DNA of 64,000 bases, taken from the NCBI GenBank assembly GCA_964016885.1, contig OZ024741.1, positions 137,454,001 to 137,518,000 of the forward strand, given 5' to 3'. The translations under genes were made by a program, and so were the position numbers. This stretch comes from Eledone cirrhosa (Eukaryota). Positions 29,960 to 43,600 of this stretch are shown here, piece by piece. The notes below the pieces were generated by a model, which saw only the letters and a program-made list of their open reading frames with translations, did not search any database and was not told the DNA's origin. The stretch's first letter is position 1, and the number at the start of each line of letters is the position of its first letter.

Positions 29960-31975
29960 AACTATTTCCAACTAATTAAAACACAACAGGAGGTAAACTT
30001 AGTACCTGTAAACAATAGTAGTAATAATAGTAATAATGATAATAGCGCTAATGAAATCAATAACAATACGAATGATAAACATCATTACCCTAGTGCTATC
30101 CCTAGCATCCAGAATTCTTCACAACATAGGAACCGGCAAGCTAACACCCAGAATAAATGTAACTGTAGAACTAATAGAACTTGCCCCTTAGGTAATACCT
30201 GCTTAACCAAAGACATCATCTACTCATGCACCGTCAACGCAAACAACTCTTCTAAAACATATATAGATTCTACTTCGAACAACTTCAAGACGAGATACAA
30301 CTCGCACCTCCACTCTTTCAAAAAACACAATCTAGCCAGCTCCACTTCTTTATCTAGCTACATACACTCTCTGAAAACTAGGAATAGACCATTTACACTG
30401 CAATGGGAAGTAGTAGGTAGGGCCTCATCGTATAAACTACCGAATAAATTGTGTAATCTCTGCCTTCTGGAGACCCATACTATAATCATTTCGAAACTAG
30501 ACCTTAATAGAAAGTCAGAGACATTTTTATCGTGCCAACACCGGCACTCGTTCCATAACTTTAAACCTAGCTGTTAGTATACAACAATGTCAGATTTGAA
30601 TTCCCCACCACCATTAACACTACACATCTAGAACTTAGCAGCACCCACAACCACAAACCCCTCGACCAACTCTTTCCAATACACAACTCCTATTCATCTA
30701 TAACCTTATGCTCTGCAATAACAGTTTAGAATTAGACATAGAGTTACCACCTTGTGATATAACTACAATAGATTAATTATATCATATACAGTAATGGATA
30801 TTTGGCACTTGGTATGTAGAGACATTTAATGTAATATGTGATAATAAACTATATGTGTATTTTTAATTGTATAATTAAATGCTTAAATTACACAACATAA
30901 TAGTAATAAAGTATATATACATTTATAATTAAATATAAAATGTAATAGCATTGTATATTAGGAATTATATTATTAAACATATAGCATATCTATTATGACA
31001 TATTAACAGCTGTAGAATCCTTCATAACATATACCTTGTCCAGTAATGAATAGATAACAATCTAAAGAGACCTTTAATGTATGATAGTAGAATACACTGT
31101 ATTTAAAATCAGGCATAAATATACAGGGTTATGTAACAGAGATCCAATGGTATCACATTATATTGTGTATTAGAACAAAGTATTTTAATAACTGAATTGA
31201 ACTTAATTAACTAGTTACCTCCCCTTACGCATTAGCTCCCCTTATTCACTTCCGGAAATTAACGATTGAAAATTTAAAGGTTGATCAAATATAGTCTGTG
31301 AATATGAATTTATTAAGACTAATTTACAATCCATTGTTCTAACTAACTTAAAACATTCAATATAAACATTAACTAAAATTTAATTCAACATATGTCATGG
31401 AAAAGTCTTCAAAAACTGTGTTTCTCAACACACATTAATTCGAACACCATCAACATTCAACATCCACCATAGATTCTAATACATTACCATATTTGCTTAA
31501 AGTGCAGTATTTATTCATCTATATATGCATAATAGCTTTGCTTGTCTCCTTCGCATGTATATATCTTACGCAGTCGCACTAGCCTGCATATGAATTGTTA
31601 TTGCACTTTTCCTTTCTCAAAACTACTTCCTCAATGCCTCTTTAATATTTGGACTATTCCCTTGTTTTAACTGTTGCAGGTATTCCACTCAGTGCTTTTG
31701 ATTTTAATTTAATTTAAATTTTAATTTGAACTTGAATGTCTGTACAATTATTGTACAATTCTCGTAAAATATATGTCACATCCACTCCACCCTGTAAATA
31801 CGAAACTGTTGCTCACAACATCAACTTATATGTATCTATATTATTGTTCGGTTGAATAGGAGGTTAATTATATGTGCAAACATTGATAATGCTCGGATGA
31901 CTCCAAACGAGAGTTTGGAAGAAACGATTGTCAGCTTTTAAATAATTTGAACACAACTTTGAAAATTGTATAATT
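29960..31975 (+). mobile_element. 5'-truncated Naiad-type PLE (GIY-YIG region, long 3' UTR, terminal hammerhead)
   Basis: Encodes [20 protein letters not shown]...[12 protein letters not shown] and CNLCLLE to a stop at 30577; homologous to the minus-strand copy at 36060-37890. Confidence 0.88.
31891..31935 (+). ncRNA. Hammerhead motif at PLE 3' end (CGGAUGA core variant)
   Basis: gct-CGGATGA-ctccaaac gaga gtttggaa-GAAAC GATT GTC-agc. Confidence 0.6.
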
Positions 31976-32024
31976 TATATATATATGTATATATATACAC
32001 ATTAAAATATGTTACCAAGCACTA

Positions 32025-32180
32025 TTATTTATATTATAATTTTATTTACATATGTTTCAACCTACTGGGACTCATCGGAATTTTGAAAAGATGAACTTAT
32101 TGAGGTATTTGTATAATGGGTAATTCCAATGAGTCCCTAATGGATGAAACATATGTAAATTAAATTATGATATAAATAAT
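32025..32180. mobile_element. Inverted pair of hammerhead-containing pLTR arms
   Basis: Minus arm 32044-32082 reads aatt-CCGATGA-gtcccagtaggtt-GAAAC ATAT GTA-aat; plus arm 32122-32161 reads aatt-CCAATGA-gtcc ctaat ggat-GAAAC ATAT GTA-aatt; ~40-bp spacer. Confidence 0.65.
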
Positions 32181-32380
32181 TTATACATAATTTACTTTAT
32201 AAATTCGCTCTACGTCTGAATTGGCTTGCAGAGTAGGAGTTCATATACTTTAAAAAAATATTTTTTGTAGCTATGTGTAAAGTTTATCATACTAAATCAT
32301 CGCATTTTGAGCTGATATAACATTTTCACCTCCATCTTTCCAGTTTTTATATTTGAAAATGAATTTCTTTATGTGAATCT

Positions 32381-32446
<66 letters not shown>

Positions 32447-33155
32447 TCTCTCTCCTTCCCTCTCTCTCGTGTGTTAAAAGCGCTATTGTTATATTTAGGG
32501 ACCGTCATATTGCCAAACACAAATACCATATCATTTTCACCTCATACTTATCTTTATTGTTCTTTATTCATTCATTTGTCAAAGTTCTTTCAATGACTAT
32601 CTATTTTGTGCGCACCACCAAACAAAGACAAGATGGGGTAGAAGTTTAAACCAGGAAAAAGAGGAGACACAAACTAGATTGTCATTGAGGAAGTCACAGA
32701 GTGCGAGACGAAAGCAATTTGACAAGCGAATGAATAATGAACAATGACGATAAGGATAAAGTGAAAATTATATGGTTTATATGGTGCGTGTGTTTCTTTC
32801 TATTGGCAATATTGACAACATGACTATCATCAAATTGGTTTAATGGTTAGAGCGTTGAATACCTAATCATGAGGTTTTCAGTTCGGTTGCCCCATCCGGC
32901 GGTGTATTGTATCCTTGGGCAAGACACTTTATTTTATGTTGTTCTAGTTCACTCAGCTGGAGAAATGAGTTCCTTTGGAAAACATCAGAGGGAAGAATGT
33001 CAGATATGGGTGAATTTTCGCCTTCTACAAACATACTCCGGCTTGTATCTCGGGGGAGGGGGGGGGGGGCTTTCTACGTGAAAAAGACCCACGGTCATCG
33101 CGACCGGGGTGGGTGGGGTATCATTACCCTTTTTTATTTTCATGTATATATATAT

Positions 33156-33434
33156 GCGCACCAGGACTGAACAAAATCTGATTCACCGTCTTGGGTCCTA
33201 TTCCCCTCTTAGACTCAACTCACCTCCCCAATTTCTCTAATACCCCGTCCATTATCACACCCCTAGATTCTTATTGTTTTCTCTTGGTCATTAGCAGCTT
33301 CTCTTACTACTAATACATGCCGATACACAACCTTATATTAACATACTTTTGCTCATAGCTTCGTACTTACATGCACACACACTCTTTTACTCACATATAC
33401 ACACACATTTCTTTTTAGCTTCGTACGGACTTAT

Positions 33435-33501
<67 letters not shown>

Positions 33502-33852
33502 TGCTTACGCACGTGCTCAAGTATAGCTCTTTTTACAAAACGTTTTTTTTCCATTTCAGGTAGACGCGTTCTATCATCCACTTTTCTAAAAAATAAATCA
33601 TACACAAAACGCCAGCAGCAGCAGTTTTGTAAGAGATGTCAACATGAAAGGACCTGTTATTTTTATTTAAAGACATTTTTTCCAATTTCATCCCGCCCGT
33701 ACCCCCAATCTATTTTATTTCTCATTCTTTCTTCTGACGAAGGACTAGCGTCCGAAACGTTAAGACCTTCTTCCTGCTATACCAAGCGTTAACCTAATAT
33801 ATACATTCCATATACTGTACCGATTGTGTTGTTATTTCTGTTTACCTTTTAC
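33156..33852 (+). mobile_element. 3' end of a Neptune/Poseidon-like PLE
   Basis: Starts with RTEQNLIHRLGSYSPLRLNS, resembling the E-x-x-x-I-x-x-L-x-T-x-x-P-x-G-L-N end of PLE GIY-YIG ORFs, then a 3' UTR and a hammerhead at 33730-33765. Confidence 0.6.
33730..33765 (+). ncRNA. Minimal type I hammerhead ribozyme
   Basis: tctt-CTGACGA-A-ggac tagc gtcc-GAAAC GTT-aaga; loopless palindromic stem III (AACGTT) as in dimer-requiring PLE hammerheads. Confidence 0.8.
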
Positions 33853-33917
<65 letters not shown>

Positions 33918-34026
33918 AACGAACATTTTCTGATTAATATAGTGATATTAGATATAGCAGAAAATGAGCGAGAGAGAGAAGAGAGAGTTAGAGAGAGAGC
34001 GAGAGCGAGAGAGAGAGATTACTTAC

Positions 34027-34121
34027 CTCCAAATTGGGGTCTAAGTCGTATATCATATCCTTTAAGTAACGTTTGAAGCGTACTGGTTGCGTTTCCGAAG
34101 CGGGATGGAATGCCATAGCTT
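34027..34121 (-). CDS. GABRB: Second coding exon of the GABA-A receptor beta/LCCH3-like subunit (N-terminal extracellular helix)
   Basis: Acceptor tttctatttgcag| and donor GAG|gtaagt bound a 95-nt exon encoding SYGIPSRFGNATSTLQTLLKGYDIRLRPQFG. LLKGYDIRLRPxFG is the hallmark N-terminal motif of GABA-A beta subunits and invertebrate LCCH3. The exon ends in phase 1 after RPxFG as in GABRB genes and contains an NAT sequon. Confidence 0.93.
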
Positions 34122-34681
34122 CTGCAAATAGAAATATGTATACGTCATTTTACATACACACGAACATTACACACATAAATACATACACATACGCACACTC
34201 ACACTCACAAACACACATACGTATATACATCCATACATAAAAACATCCATAGAGCCAAATACTGTGGTCACTTTAATCAACTAATGCTTTCTATAAACCT
34301 CTTGGTAGTTTAAACTTCTTGCAAAAATAATGTTGAGTCTATAGTGTTTAGCATAGCGGTTTTCTCTTTTATGACAAGATAATATATGTAACTCCTAATG
34401 TAGTCGTAGGGGTGATGCAATGAGATACGGCACGTTTTGGGCCGGTCTCCATGTCTAAGCACAGCCGATTTCTTCCAGAGAATGAGAGAGTGGCAGAAAG
34501 GAAGTGAGAAAGAGATATATAGAGAGGAGCAGCCACAGTACTAGACTGGTACTTTTTTAAAAATCAATTCCGAAAGGATAAAAGACAAAGTAGACCTGGG
34601 ATGGCTTTGAAAAAGAGAGCAGTGAGCCCGAACGAATATCGCAAATCATCCAGTTCGACGTTCTATCACATGATAAATAAT

Positions 34682-34856
34682 AATTGTTTATACTTTTGGT
34701 ACAAGGCCTGTAATATCCCCAGTGTACTACTGGTACTTTATTTTATCGACCCCGTAAGGATGAAGGGCAAAGTTAACTTCGGATCATAAAGGGCCGTAAC
34801 TGTATGCTGCAAAGGATGGCGTCGAACCCTTTACCGATACTGCCATTCCACCGCTC
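34682..34856 (-). mobile_element. tRNA-derived SINE (family A)
   Basis: Reverse complement of 26395-26579 with a short internal deletion. Confidence 0.8.
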
Positions 34857-35084
34857 TCATGATAAATAACAACGAGGAAATATATCGCTACATCTTCTAA
34901 TGTTTTTTCTTAGGTAGAATGGAATAGAACTCCGTCGATTTCAAAACAGCCTTCTCGTGTATTTCACGCACCGGTGGTCGAGCATTCCACAGGCGCTTGT
35001 ATCTTTAACGTAATTCTTAGGAAGATTCAGTGTGACAATGTGACATGGCTGACCTGTTGAATTACAGGAACAGCCCCTTAGAGG

Positions 35085-35238
35085 GGCTTCCATACAGTTT
35101 CCATCTGCCCAGTTTTACCCACAAGACTTGTTCGACGCGAGGCAATGGTAAATGTCTCTTGCTTAAGATGCTCCGCAGTGGGATTAAACCCTAGCTCTTA
35201 TGATTACGAAGCTAGCTTCTTAATCACTCGACCATTCT
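35085..35238 (-). mobile_element. tRNA-derived SINE (family C)
   Basis: Reverse-complement similarity to 42652-42820 (head, aagaagctagct...cccactgcg, ...cagatggaaactg...gaagccc). Confidence 0.55.
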
Positions 35239-35618
35239 GAGTAGACAGATTTTTCTATTTAGGTCGACGTTAAGAGAATATTCGTGCTCAGTTGGCGTGT
35301 GTCTTAATGAGCTTAAATAAAATAGTATCTTCCTTCACTTCACTGCTTTACTATTTTTTGCCTGACATCCTTTTACGAACTGCAACACTGTCTTTCTTGC
35401 AATTTCACAATTTACATTAAACCCAATTATTACATATTTCCTACGCTACAGTTCAGCGGGTTACATTAGAGGAACAACTTAAATAAAGAACAACAATAAA
35501 AACAAATATAATGAAAACAATATGTGTTACTATTTACACTAAACATTGGAAGGTAAAGATATTTGACCTTTAAAATTTACACACACACGTAGGTGTGGCT
35601 GTACTTTTTATCTGTGTA

Positions 35619-35700
<82 letters not shown>

Positions 35701-35712
35701 TATTTGTGTTTT

Positions 35713-35793
<81 letters not shown>

Positions 35794-35810
35794 GCGTGTG
35801 TGTGTATGTG

Positions 35811-35841
<31 letters not shown>

Positions 35842-36049
35842 TCATATATATATATATATATTCATATATATATATTCATATATACATATATAATAATAAT
35901 ATTATTATTATATATACATATACTCATATATACTTATATAATAATAATAATATTATTTATACTTATATATATAATTATAAACAGGAAAGGTCAGTAATTC
36001 ATGACCACCTTATTAAGAAAAATAGCTCAATGTAAATACATCAGATGAT

Positions 36050-39000
36050 GTTTTTCAGAGCCGGAATATAAATTAAAGAATAATCAAAACTATGTTCAAA
36101 ACATTTTATTGCTGACAATCGTTTCTTCCAAACTTTCGTTTGAATTCATCGGAGCACTAGCAAAGTTTAGACATATAATTAACCTCCTATTCCACAGAAC
36201 AATCGTAAAGATACATAGATGTTAGTGTTGTTATTAGCAGTGTCATATTTAAAGAGTGAAGATGATGTGGTCAGTACCAGTGGATGCGACAAAGGTTATA
36301 AAAGAATAATATAACAATTATAGAGGAATTAAATAAGAAAGTTACTCGCAAAACGAGGATATTAGAAGTACATATGCAAGCGTATAGAAAGAGTGCAGAT
36401 GTGTTAGGCATGTATAGAATAACCAGGTAAGAAACAAACAAGCAATGGTACTAAGCATATATATCGCAGTATGGCAAAGGTATCACATAATATAATACAG
36501 GTATAAAAGCATATTAAGCAGACAGAGATGCTTGGGTATGAAAAGCAGTTTCTATGAAGTTTATGGTGGATGTAATGCGATAATTGTTCCGGTAATGTTC
36601 AAATGTACATGTGTTGTGAGTATTAATATTAAGGTTTTCCTTTCCATTACATTGGTTATATTTTAGTAAATGTTTATTAGTAGCTATAACTGTGGATTGT
36701 ATATTGATCCAATTACAATCTTATTAAGGGTTCGAGTTGTTCTAGAGTGATCTGTCTAACGGTTTAATTTCAGGAAGTGATTAGAAATCTATATTAAAGG
36801 GAGCTAATGTGAAAGGGGAGGTAATTGGCGATTAATTTGTATATAAGAGAACAATGTATAGTTGTTTACAACTGCAATTAGTTAAATTCTATGTGTTAAT
36901 ATACAATATATTATGTTATAAATGAAATCTTTTATATAATGCTATTTATTTTTGAATTTATATATTGAATTTTAAATACAATCTTTTTTCCATATAATAC
37001 CTTAAAGGTCTAATTTTATCACTACCTACACATATATTAATTAAATGAATAAAATATTACTAAGTTATTGTAGTTATATTAAATGGTGGTAACTTTATGT
37101 TTATTCCTAATAGTTATTGTAGAGTATATGATTTGAGATAAATAGGAGGTAAGTAGAGGAATGAGGTGATCATAGAATGTGATGCTGTGGGGGTAATTAT
37201 ATGCTGATAAAACCTAGAGGTAATGTGTTAACGGTGGTGAGGAATCCAGATTTGACATTGTTTTATACTAGCAGCTAGGTTTGAAGTTGTGGAAAGAGTG
37301 TCGGTGGTAGTGTTGGCACATGGAAAATATTTCTGATTTTCTATTTAAGAGGTTTAGTTTAGAATAGATTATAGTAGGAGTTTCTAGAAGACAGAGGTTA
37401 CATAATTTAATCGGTGGTTTATATGATGCGGCCTTACCTATTACTCCCCATTGAAGTGTATATGGTCTATTCTTAGTTTTCAGAGAGTGTATGTAGTTAG
37501 ATAAAGGGGTGGAATTGGCTAGATTGCGAATTTTGAAAGTGTGGAGATACGAGTTATATCTCGTCTTGAAGCAGTTCGAAGTAGAACCGATATACGGTTT
37601 TGAAGTGTTGTTTGTATTGACTGTGCATGAGTAAATGGTGTCTTTGATTAAGCAATTTTTTCCTAAGGGGCAAGTTCTATTTGTTCTACAGTTACAGTTA
37701 TTCTGGTTGTTTACTTGCTGGTTAATAGGGTGTGTTGTAGATGCATGGTTATTAGGGATAGCATTAGGGTAATGATGATTATCATTCCCATTGTTATTAA
37801 TTTCATTAGTGCTATTTTGTACTATGTTGTTATGGTACTATGTTGTTATGTAAGTTCACCACCTGTTGCGATTTAATTAGTTGGAAATAATTATTAATCC
37901 TCCTTTTATTACTACTAGCTATATGGTACGCGATGTTAGGAGTAAGTGATTTTAATGGTATTTTTATTGATAAGATTATGGTATTTGTGACAGACTGGGA
38001 AGTTTTTTTCTAAGATTGAGAAGAAAGCCTTAGGCAAGTTGGTAGAAATGTTTAGATTGAAAGGGGGATTGACAAATGTATTAGTTCTTCTATTTTTGTT
38101 TTTTGTAATGTTATTTGAAGTATTGTTTATATTTCTGTTTATATTATTATTATTGGGGTGTTTATTTTGGTGCGAGTTAAGTTTGATATTACCCTTCGTA
38201 CTAGAGTTAGAGTGGCTAGTGCTTTTATTACTTTTATTCAATGCCATATTGTCACAAATAATGTTGTAACTAGGTGATTTTATAGGTAAAAATCTAATTT
38301 TATTTTTATGGCCTGATCGAGCTAAGGCCTCATTATAGTATTGGGAGTTACTGTTAAATATAGTTTCATTATATGATAGAGTAGAAATTCTATTTGATAT
38401 TCCTTTAGTAATTGAGTTTAATATAGATTTAGGGTGGTTAGAGTTGGTATCTACATAAAGTAGTTTTTCGTCCAGACAAAGGGTAGCACCAAGGAAGTTA
38501 ACGTTTTTAGTGTTTTTATCTAAGGTAATACTTAAGTTGAAGTTTTAAAAAATATTATGCAATTGTTTCCTAGTTCTTTCTATATTAAATTTTGTATAGT
38601 CAATAAGTAGTAGTGCATCATCGCGGTATAAACCACCATTAAGGTAGTGTAGATTCTTATGAATTTCATTTAAGAGATATAGATCCACCAAATCAGTGAC
38701 CTACGCCGAGTCACTAGATCCCATAGTTATGTCAAAGTTGTTAGGTGTATCCTTGCGGGTCCATAATTGATCTTCAAATGCAATTATGGTTTTACGGGCC
38801 GCAAGGATGACATCAATTTGGGATCTAGTAAGGTCACTATTGTTCATAGCCATAATTAATGCCTTGTTTAGTAGGTGTAGTACGAATTAATATCAAATTG
38901 TATACATTTTTTATTTTTATTCTCATTAATATCATTGAACCATTCAATAACTTCACCAGTATTTCCCCACAGGTTAAGATATATTTTATACTTAAATTGA

Positions 39001-39560
39001 GAGATGATTCTGTTAATATTATTTTTGCTGATAATTCCAATGTCAGATTTGGAAGGGTAAATTAGTCTTATAGAAGTGTTACTATTAAAGTCTTCCTTAT
39101 GGTCTTTCAGAGAGTATCTTGGGGGACTAGGGGTGTATGGCTGTGTATATCTCTGAAGTCCTAATTTACATACTATACTATGGCCTTCTATATTTATATC
39201 TTCTAGGTTTTTAATAGTGGTTTTCCTATGCAGTTCTTTACATATAAATTTTCTATATGTATCGTAATCTAGGCTATATATATTATTAGTTTTATCAGCA
39301 TTTTCTTATTTTTATTAAATCTTTTAATAGTGGAGTTAAGGTTGTTTAAGAAGGTATATATTCTTAACTAGTTTTATTAAATCATTTTCGAAAGAGTTTA
39401 ATAAAGTGTTGTGAGGTGGGCTTTTAAAAGTTTTAAAGCCGTATGAGTCGAAATTGTTTGCATCCCTGTTTTTGTCTGTTCGGTTTCTATCGTAATGTAA
39501 TGTCCTCCATCTCACTCTATTGATAAATGAGTTGACACTATTAATCAATAATTTTTCGTA
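36050..39560 (-). mobile_element. Naiad-type PLE, near full length, degenerate
   Basis: The minus strand encodes [72 protein letters not shown] and CNLC, with a stop at 37268-37270; multiple frameshifts; 3' hammerhead at 36110-36156. Confidence 0.9.
36110..36156 (-). ncRNA. Hammerhead motif at PLE 3' end (CCGAUGA core)
   Basis: tgct-CCGATGA-attcaaac gaaa gtttggaa-GAAAC GATT GTC-agca, followed by AATAAA. Confidence 0.65.
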
Positions 39561-40531
39561 CGTATATATATATACACTCAAATATATATTTTAGTGTAGA
39601 TGTATGTATATATTTATGTATATATGTATATATACATGTATATATGTCTATACGAATATATGAATAATTATATATCTACATATTTATGTTTGTGTGTCTG
39701 TGTGTATGTAAATACGTGTGTGCGTATGTTGTTCGTATCTGATGGTTACATCGAATATATTAAAATAAGGTATATACAGGATTCTAAGCATAACTATATT
39801 TATATACTGAAAGATTTATACGCAATGTAATCTTTCTCTATACATACACACACAATAACAGTTAAAGTGACTAAACTATACCTTCAGTTCATGTAAATAT
39901 TTAAAGGCGAGAGTTAAGATCATGGGTGAAAAATACTTTTGAAGGTTGAAATATGCTGGCAAAATATTGCTATCGTATAAACAAAATCCCTTTTAAGTGG
40001 CTAAATGTTAATGATTCGAATCGACAAGATCTCAGACTATATTCGCTAACCGAGTGAGGTGGATTACGTCAGACAGGACTAAGGAAATAATGTTTCCATT
40101 GGTCTTTCCCATTGCCGATACTATCTACTGGTCGCAAATTCTGGCAGAAGGAGGAACGTGAAATAGAGCGTCTTGCTCAACGATACAAAGTATCGCTCGG
40201 CCCGGGAATCGAACACACGATTGTGAATCCAACTCTGTAACCATTAAACCACGCGTCATCATAATGTTTGTTATTCGTTTTATCTAATAGTTGTTGCAAA
40301 GTTGATGTAAATGTAACCGGAAAGGAAACACATTATGTTAGAGTCATTGATAAGGTCACAGGTAGTGATGAATAATCCCTGATAATTAATTAGTTAATTA
40401 ATCTAATAAATGTTTACGTATCTGATTAGCAATAAAACCGAAGTTAAACTCCGGTGCATGTATTTTGATTGATGCATGACCCCCCCCACACACACACTTA
40501 TATACTTATATATATGTGTGTATATATATTA

Positions 40532-40635
<104 letters not shown>

Positions 40636-40646
40636 CATATGTATAT

Positions 40647-40713
<67 letters not shown>

Positions 40714-40888
40714 TTACACACACACATATATATATATATACATATGTATATTGTGTGTATATATATGTATATTGTGTGTATATATATATATATATGTGTG
40801 TGTGTATATATATATATATATGTGTGTGTGTGTATATATATATGTGTGTGTGTATATATATATATATGTGTGTGTATATATATATAGA

Positions 40889-40919
<31 letters not shown>

Positions 40920-41034
40920 GTGACTGTGTGTGTGTGAACAAGACAAACAGCACGGGAGAATAGTAAAATAAATACAATGATGAAATATATTAATTTAACG
41001 ATTGATATAGTTAGGAAAGAGTCCTATAGTCGGA

Positions 41035-41079
<45 letters not shown>

Positions 41080-41479
41080 GAGAGAGAGAGAGAAATGATG
41101 ATGATGAGTGTATAAGAGCAGATAAACAGCAATGATGTTCCTTACATTACGATGTACATTAACACCAGAAGAAGAAGAAAAAATAATAGGAAATCTGTTA
41201 CAATCTGTCAGAGTATTCGTTTTGTTTATCAAGAATGCACGATAGACAAAACTAGAAAACTACAACTCCACATTTCAGCTGCACTTTTATCATTTCCACA
41301 AAACAATATTTCGTGTCAGATACTTAAATTGATTTGAATTCATGTTCGCAGAAGATCTGTTTTAGATAACCGATGACAATATTTTAAAAAACGAAGCATG
41401 ACAAAAAAGTCTCTCAGTTTAAGGGTTTAGAATATATTGTGCGAAGAAAGAAAAAAAAGAAAGAGGGTGATCATATATT

Positions 41480-41537
<58 letters not shown>

Positions 41538-41539
<2 letters not shown>

Positions 41540-41622
41540 CAAGGTGTCCCAAAAATGTATACACATATTTATTAGAATGCTGTTGAAATTTTAAATGTGT
41601 ATGCATCTTTTGGGACACCATA
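41538..41622. mobile_element. Tc1/mariner-type MITE
   Basis: ggtgtcccaaaa-atgtatacacat / atgtgtatgcatcttttgggacacc inverted ends in a TA context. Confidence 0.65.
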
Positions 41623-42087
41623 TATATGTATGTATGTATGTATGTATATATATACATAAACAGAGAGACAGAGAGGGCGAGAGAGAGTGAGAAAATAAGA
41701 AAGCTAGTGAGAGAGAGGGAGTGGAAATATTAATGTTATATTTTTTTGTCTTTCGCCTTTTTTTCCGTTCCTTTCTCTCCATCTACAATAGATGATTTGA
41801 AGAGTATACTATTATCCCCGAAGCTAGTCCCATCGTGCAGGTGCGTATTTTCTTTCCTCTTATAGACATTAGTAATCAGACAGTGAGTTAATGGTTTTCC
41901 TTTAGTATTTCAATCGATTGTTTCAGCGATGTTTCAGATAGTTTACTAGACTTAGCAATTTCACACGCTATGAGAACAATTTTACCCTAGATTTTCACGA
42001 AATCGACGAAGTTAATATGAAAGATGCAGATAAGAAGCAACAATACAAAACAACATTTCTTGAAAGTTTACACAGTTTACGTTAAAT

Positions 42088-42505
42088 AATAATGGTTTCT
42101 GATTTAGGCACAAGGCCAAACATTTTTGGGGAAGAGAAAGTAGATTAAATCGATCCCAATGCATTAGTGGTATTTCATTTAATGGACGCGTTAAGATGAA
42201 TGGCAAAGTTACCCTCGGCGGGATTTGTGAACATAAAGGGACGTAACGCATATGCCACAAAGTTTGTTGCCCGACGCTCTGCCGATACTGCCAGTCCACC
42301 ACTCTCAATAATCGTTTCTGATTTAGGCAGAAGGTCAACAATTCAGGGGGGAGAGGAATTTGATTAAATCAACGTCAATGTGTTACAGGTATTTAATTTA
42401 TCGATCCCCCATAAAGATGATAGGCAAACATAACCTAAGCGGGATTTCAAATCGGAACGTAAAAGGACATAACTCTATGCTATAAAGGCATGGTATTCGA
42501 TGCTA
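42088..42505 (-). mobile_element. Two adjacent family A SINE copies
   Basis: aataat(g/c)gtttctgatttaggca...ggcaaagttaccctcggcggga...ccgatactgcca, repeated at 42088 and 42309. Confidence 0.7.
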
Positions 42506-42651
42506 ATGATCAGATTTAGATAAACTTATGGAAGTCAAGCTTATACTATTTTAAAATCATTGCTAAAATGTTGTGATAAACAATTATATCTTTATATTTA
42601 TAACAAATTTTGCTGAAAATATTCAGTGAAGTAAATTTTAACTTTCGTAGT

Positions 42652-42820
42652 AGGTGCAGGTAAAACAGTATGGTTAAAAAACTCGCTTTGCACGCACATA
42701 TATCTGTGTCCAACGCTGCTGCACGGCATCTTGGCCACGGATTTATCTACTATTACTTTAGGTTGGCCAGTGCTTTCTGGGCGGAATTTGTTAGAGAGAA
42801 ACTGCAGAATCTCGTCGTGT
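42652..42820 (+). mobile_element. tRNA-derived SINE (family C)
   Basis: aggtgcagg...tggttaaaaaactcgct...gcacggcatcttggcca...gaaactgcagaatctcgtcgtgtat. Confidence 0.55.
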
Positions 42821-43329
42821 ATAAAGAACCAACTTTGTCACCCTAATTTCCTTGAGATGTTCGCTAAGACGTGTCTATGGAATAATCTGTCACTTATATA
42901 TTAATTTCATGAGCAGACTATTGGAACACTTATCGTCGAAACCGACGGAATTCTATCGATTTCCTACTGCAACTTGCTTCACTAAATGTTGGTGCTTCAG
43001 AGCTGAAACTTTATTGTGCGATTCAATAAATCGTTTTAAACAGCAATTTATCTGCCCCTCTTGTATATCACCTTTCCTCAATTCTTTCTCATTGAAATGT
43101 TCACAACGTAAGGAGTAGAAATTTCATTTAACATACCATTTACTTGAAACGATTTCTTAATTAGTCCTTAATCCTATAGGACAATGAAGAAATGGGAAGA
43201 TATGAACTATACGGGTCTTTCAAATGAATTAGGTTTTTCATTCAACGAAGTCTTCACATTGCACTTTTGAATCACTACGTAATTTACTATAAATTACTTT
43301 TATACGGTGGTTATGCACGCAAGGTAATG

Positions 43330-43600
43330 CCGCATGGCTTTCTGGTTAGGATACTTGCCGCACGATCGCAATATCGTTGGTTCGATTCCTGGACCGGGTT
43401 GTGTGTTGTGTTCTTGAGCAAAACACTTTATTTCACGTTTCTCCAGTACACTCAACTGAGATGAGTACCAGCTGTAGTTGGGGAGTTAATCGTGCGATAA
43501 ACTGGTGTCCTGTCCAGAGAGAGTCTTACAATCTCAATTGCTTTACACAAAGGATAAGCACCAGCCCGATGGGCATTCGGCTTAGATCAGACTTTAACTA
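43330..43600 (+). mobile_element. CORE-like SINE (family B head, different tail)
   Basis: gcatggct...ggttcgattcctgg...tgtgttcttgagcaaaacactttatttcacgtt. Confidence 0.7.
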
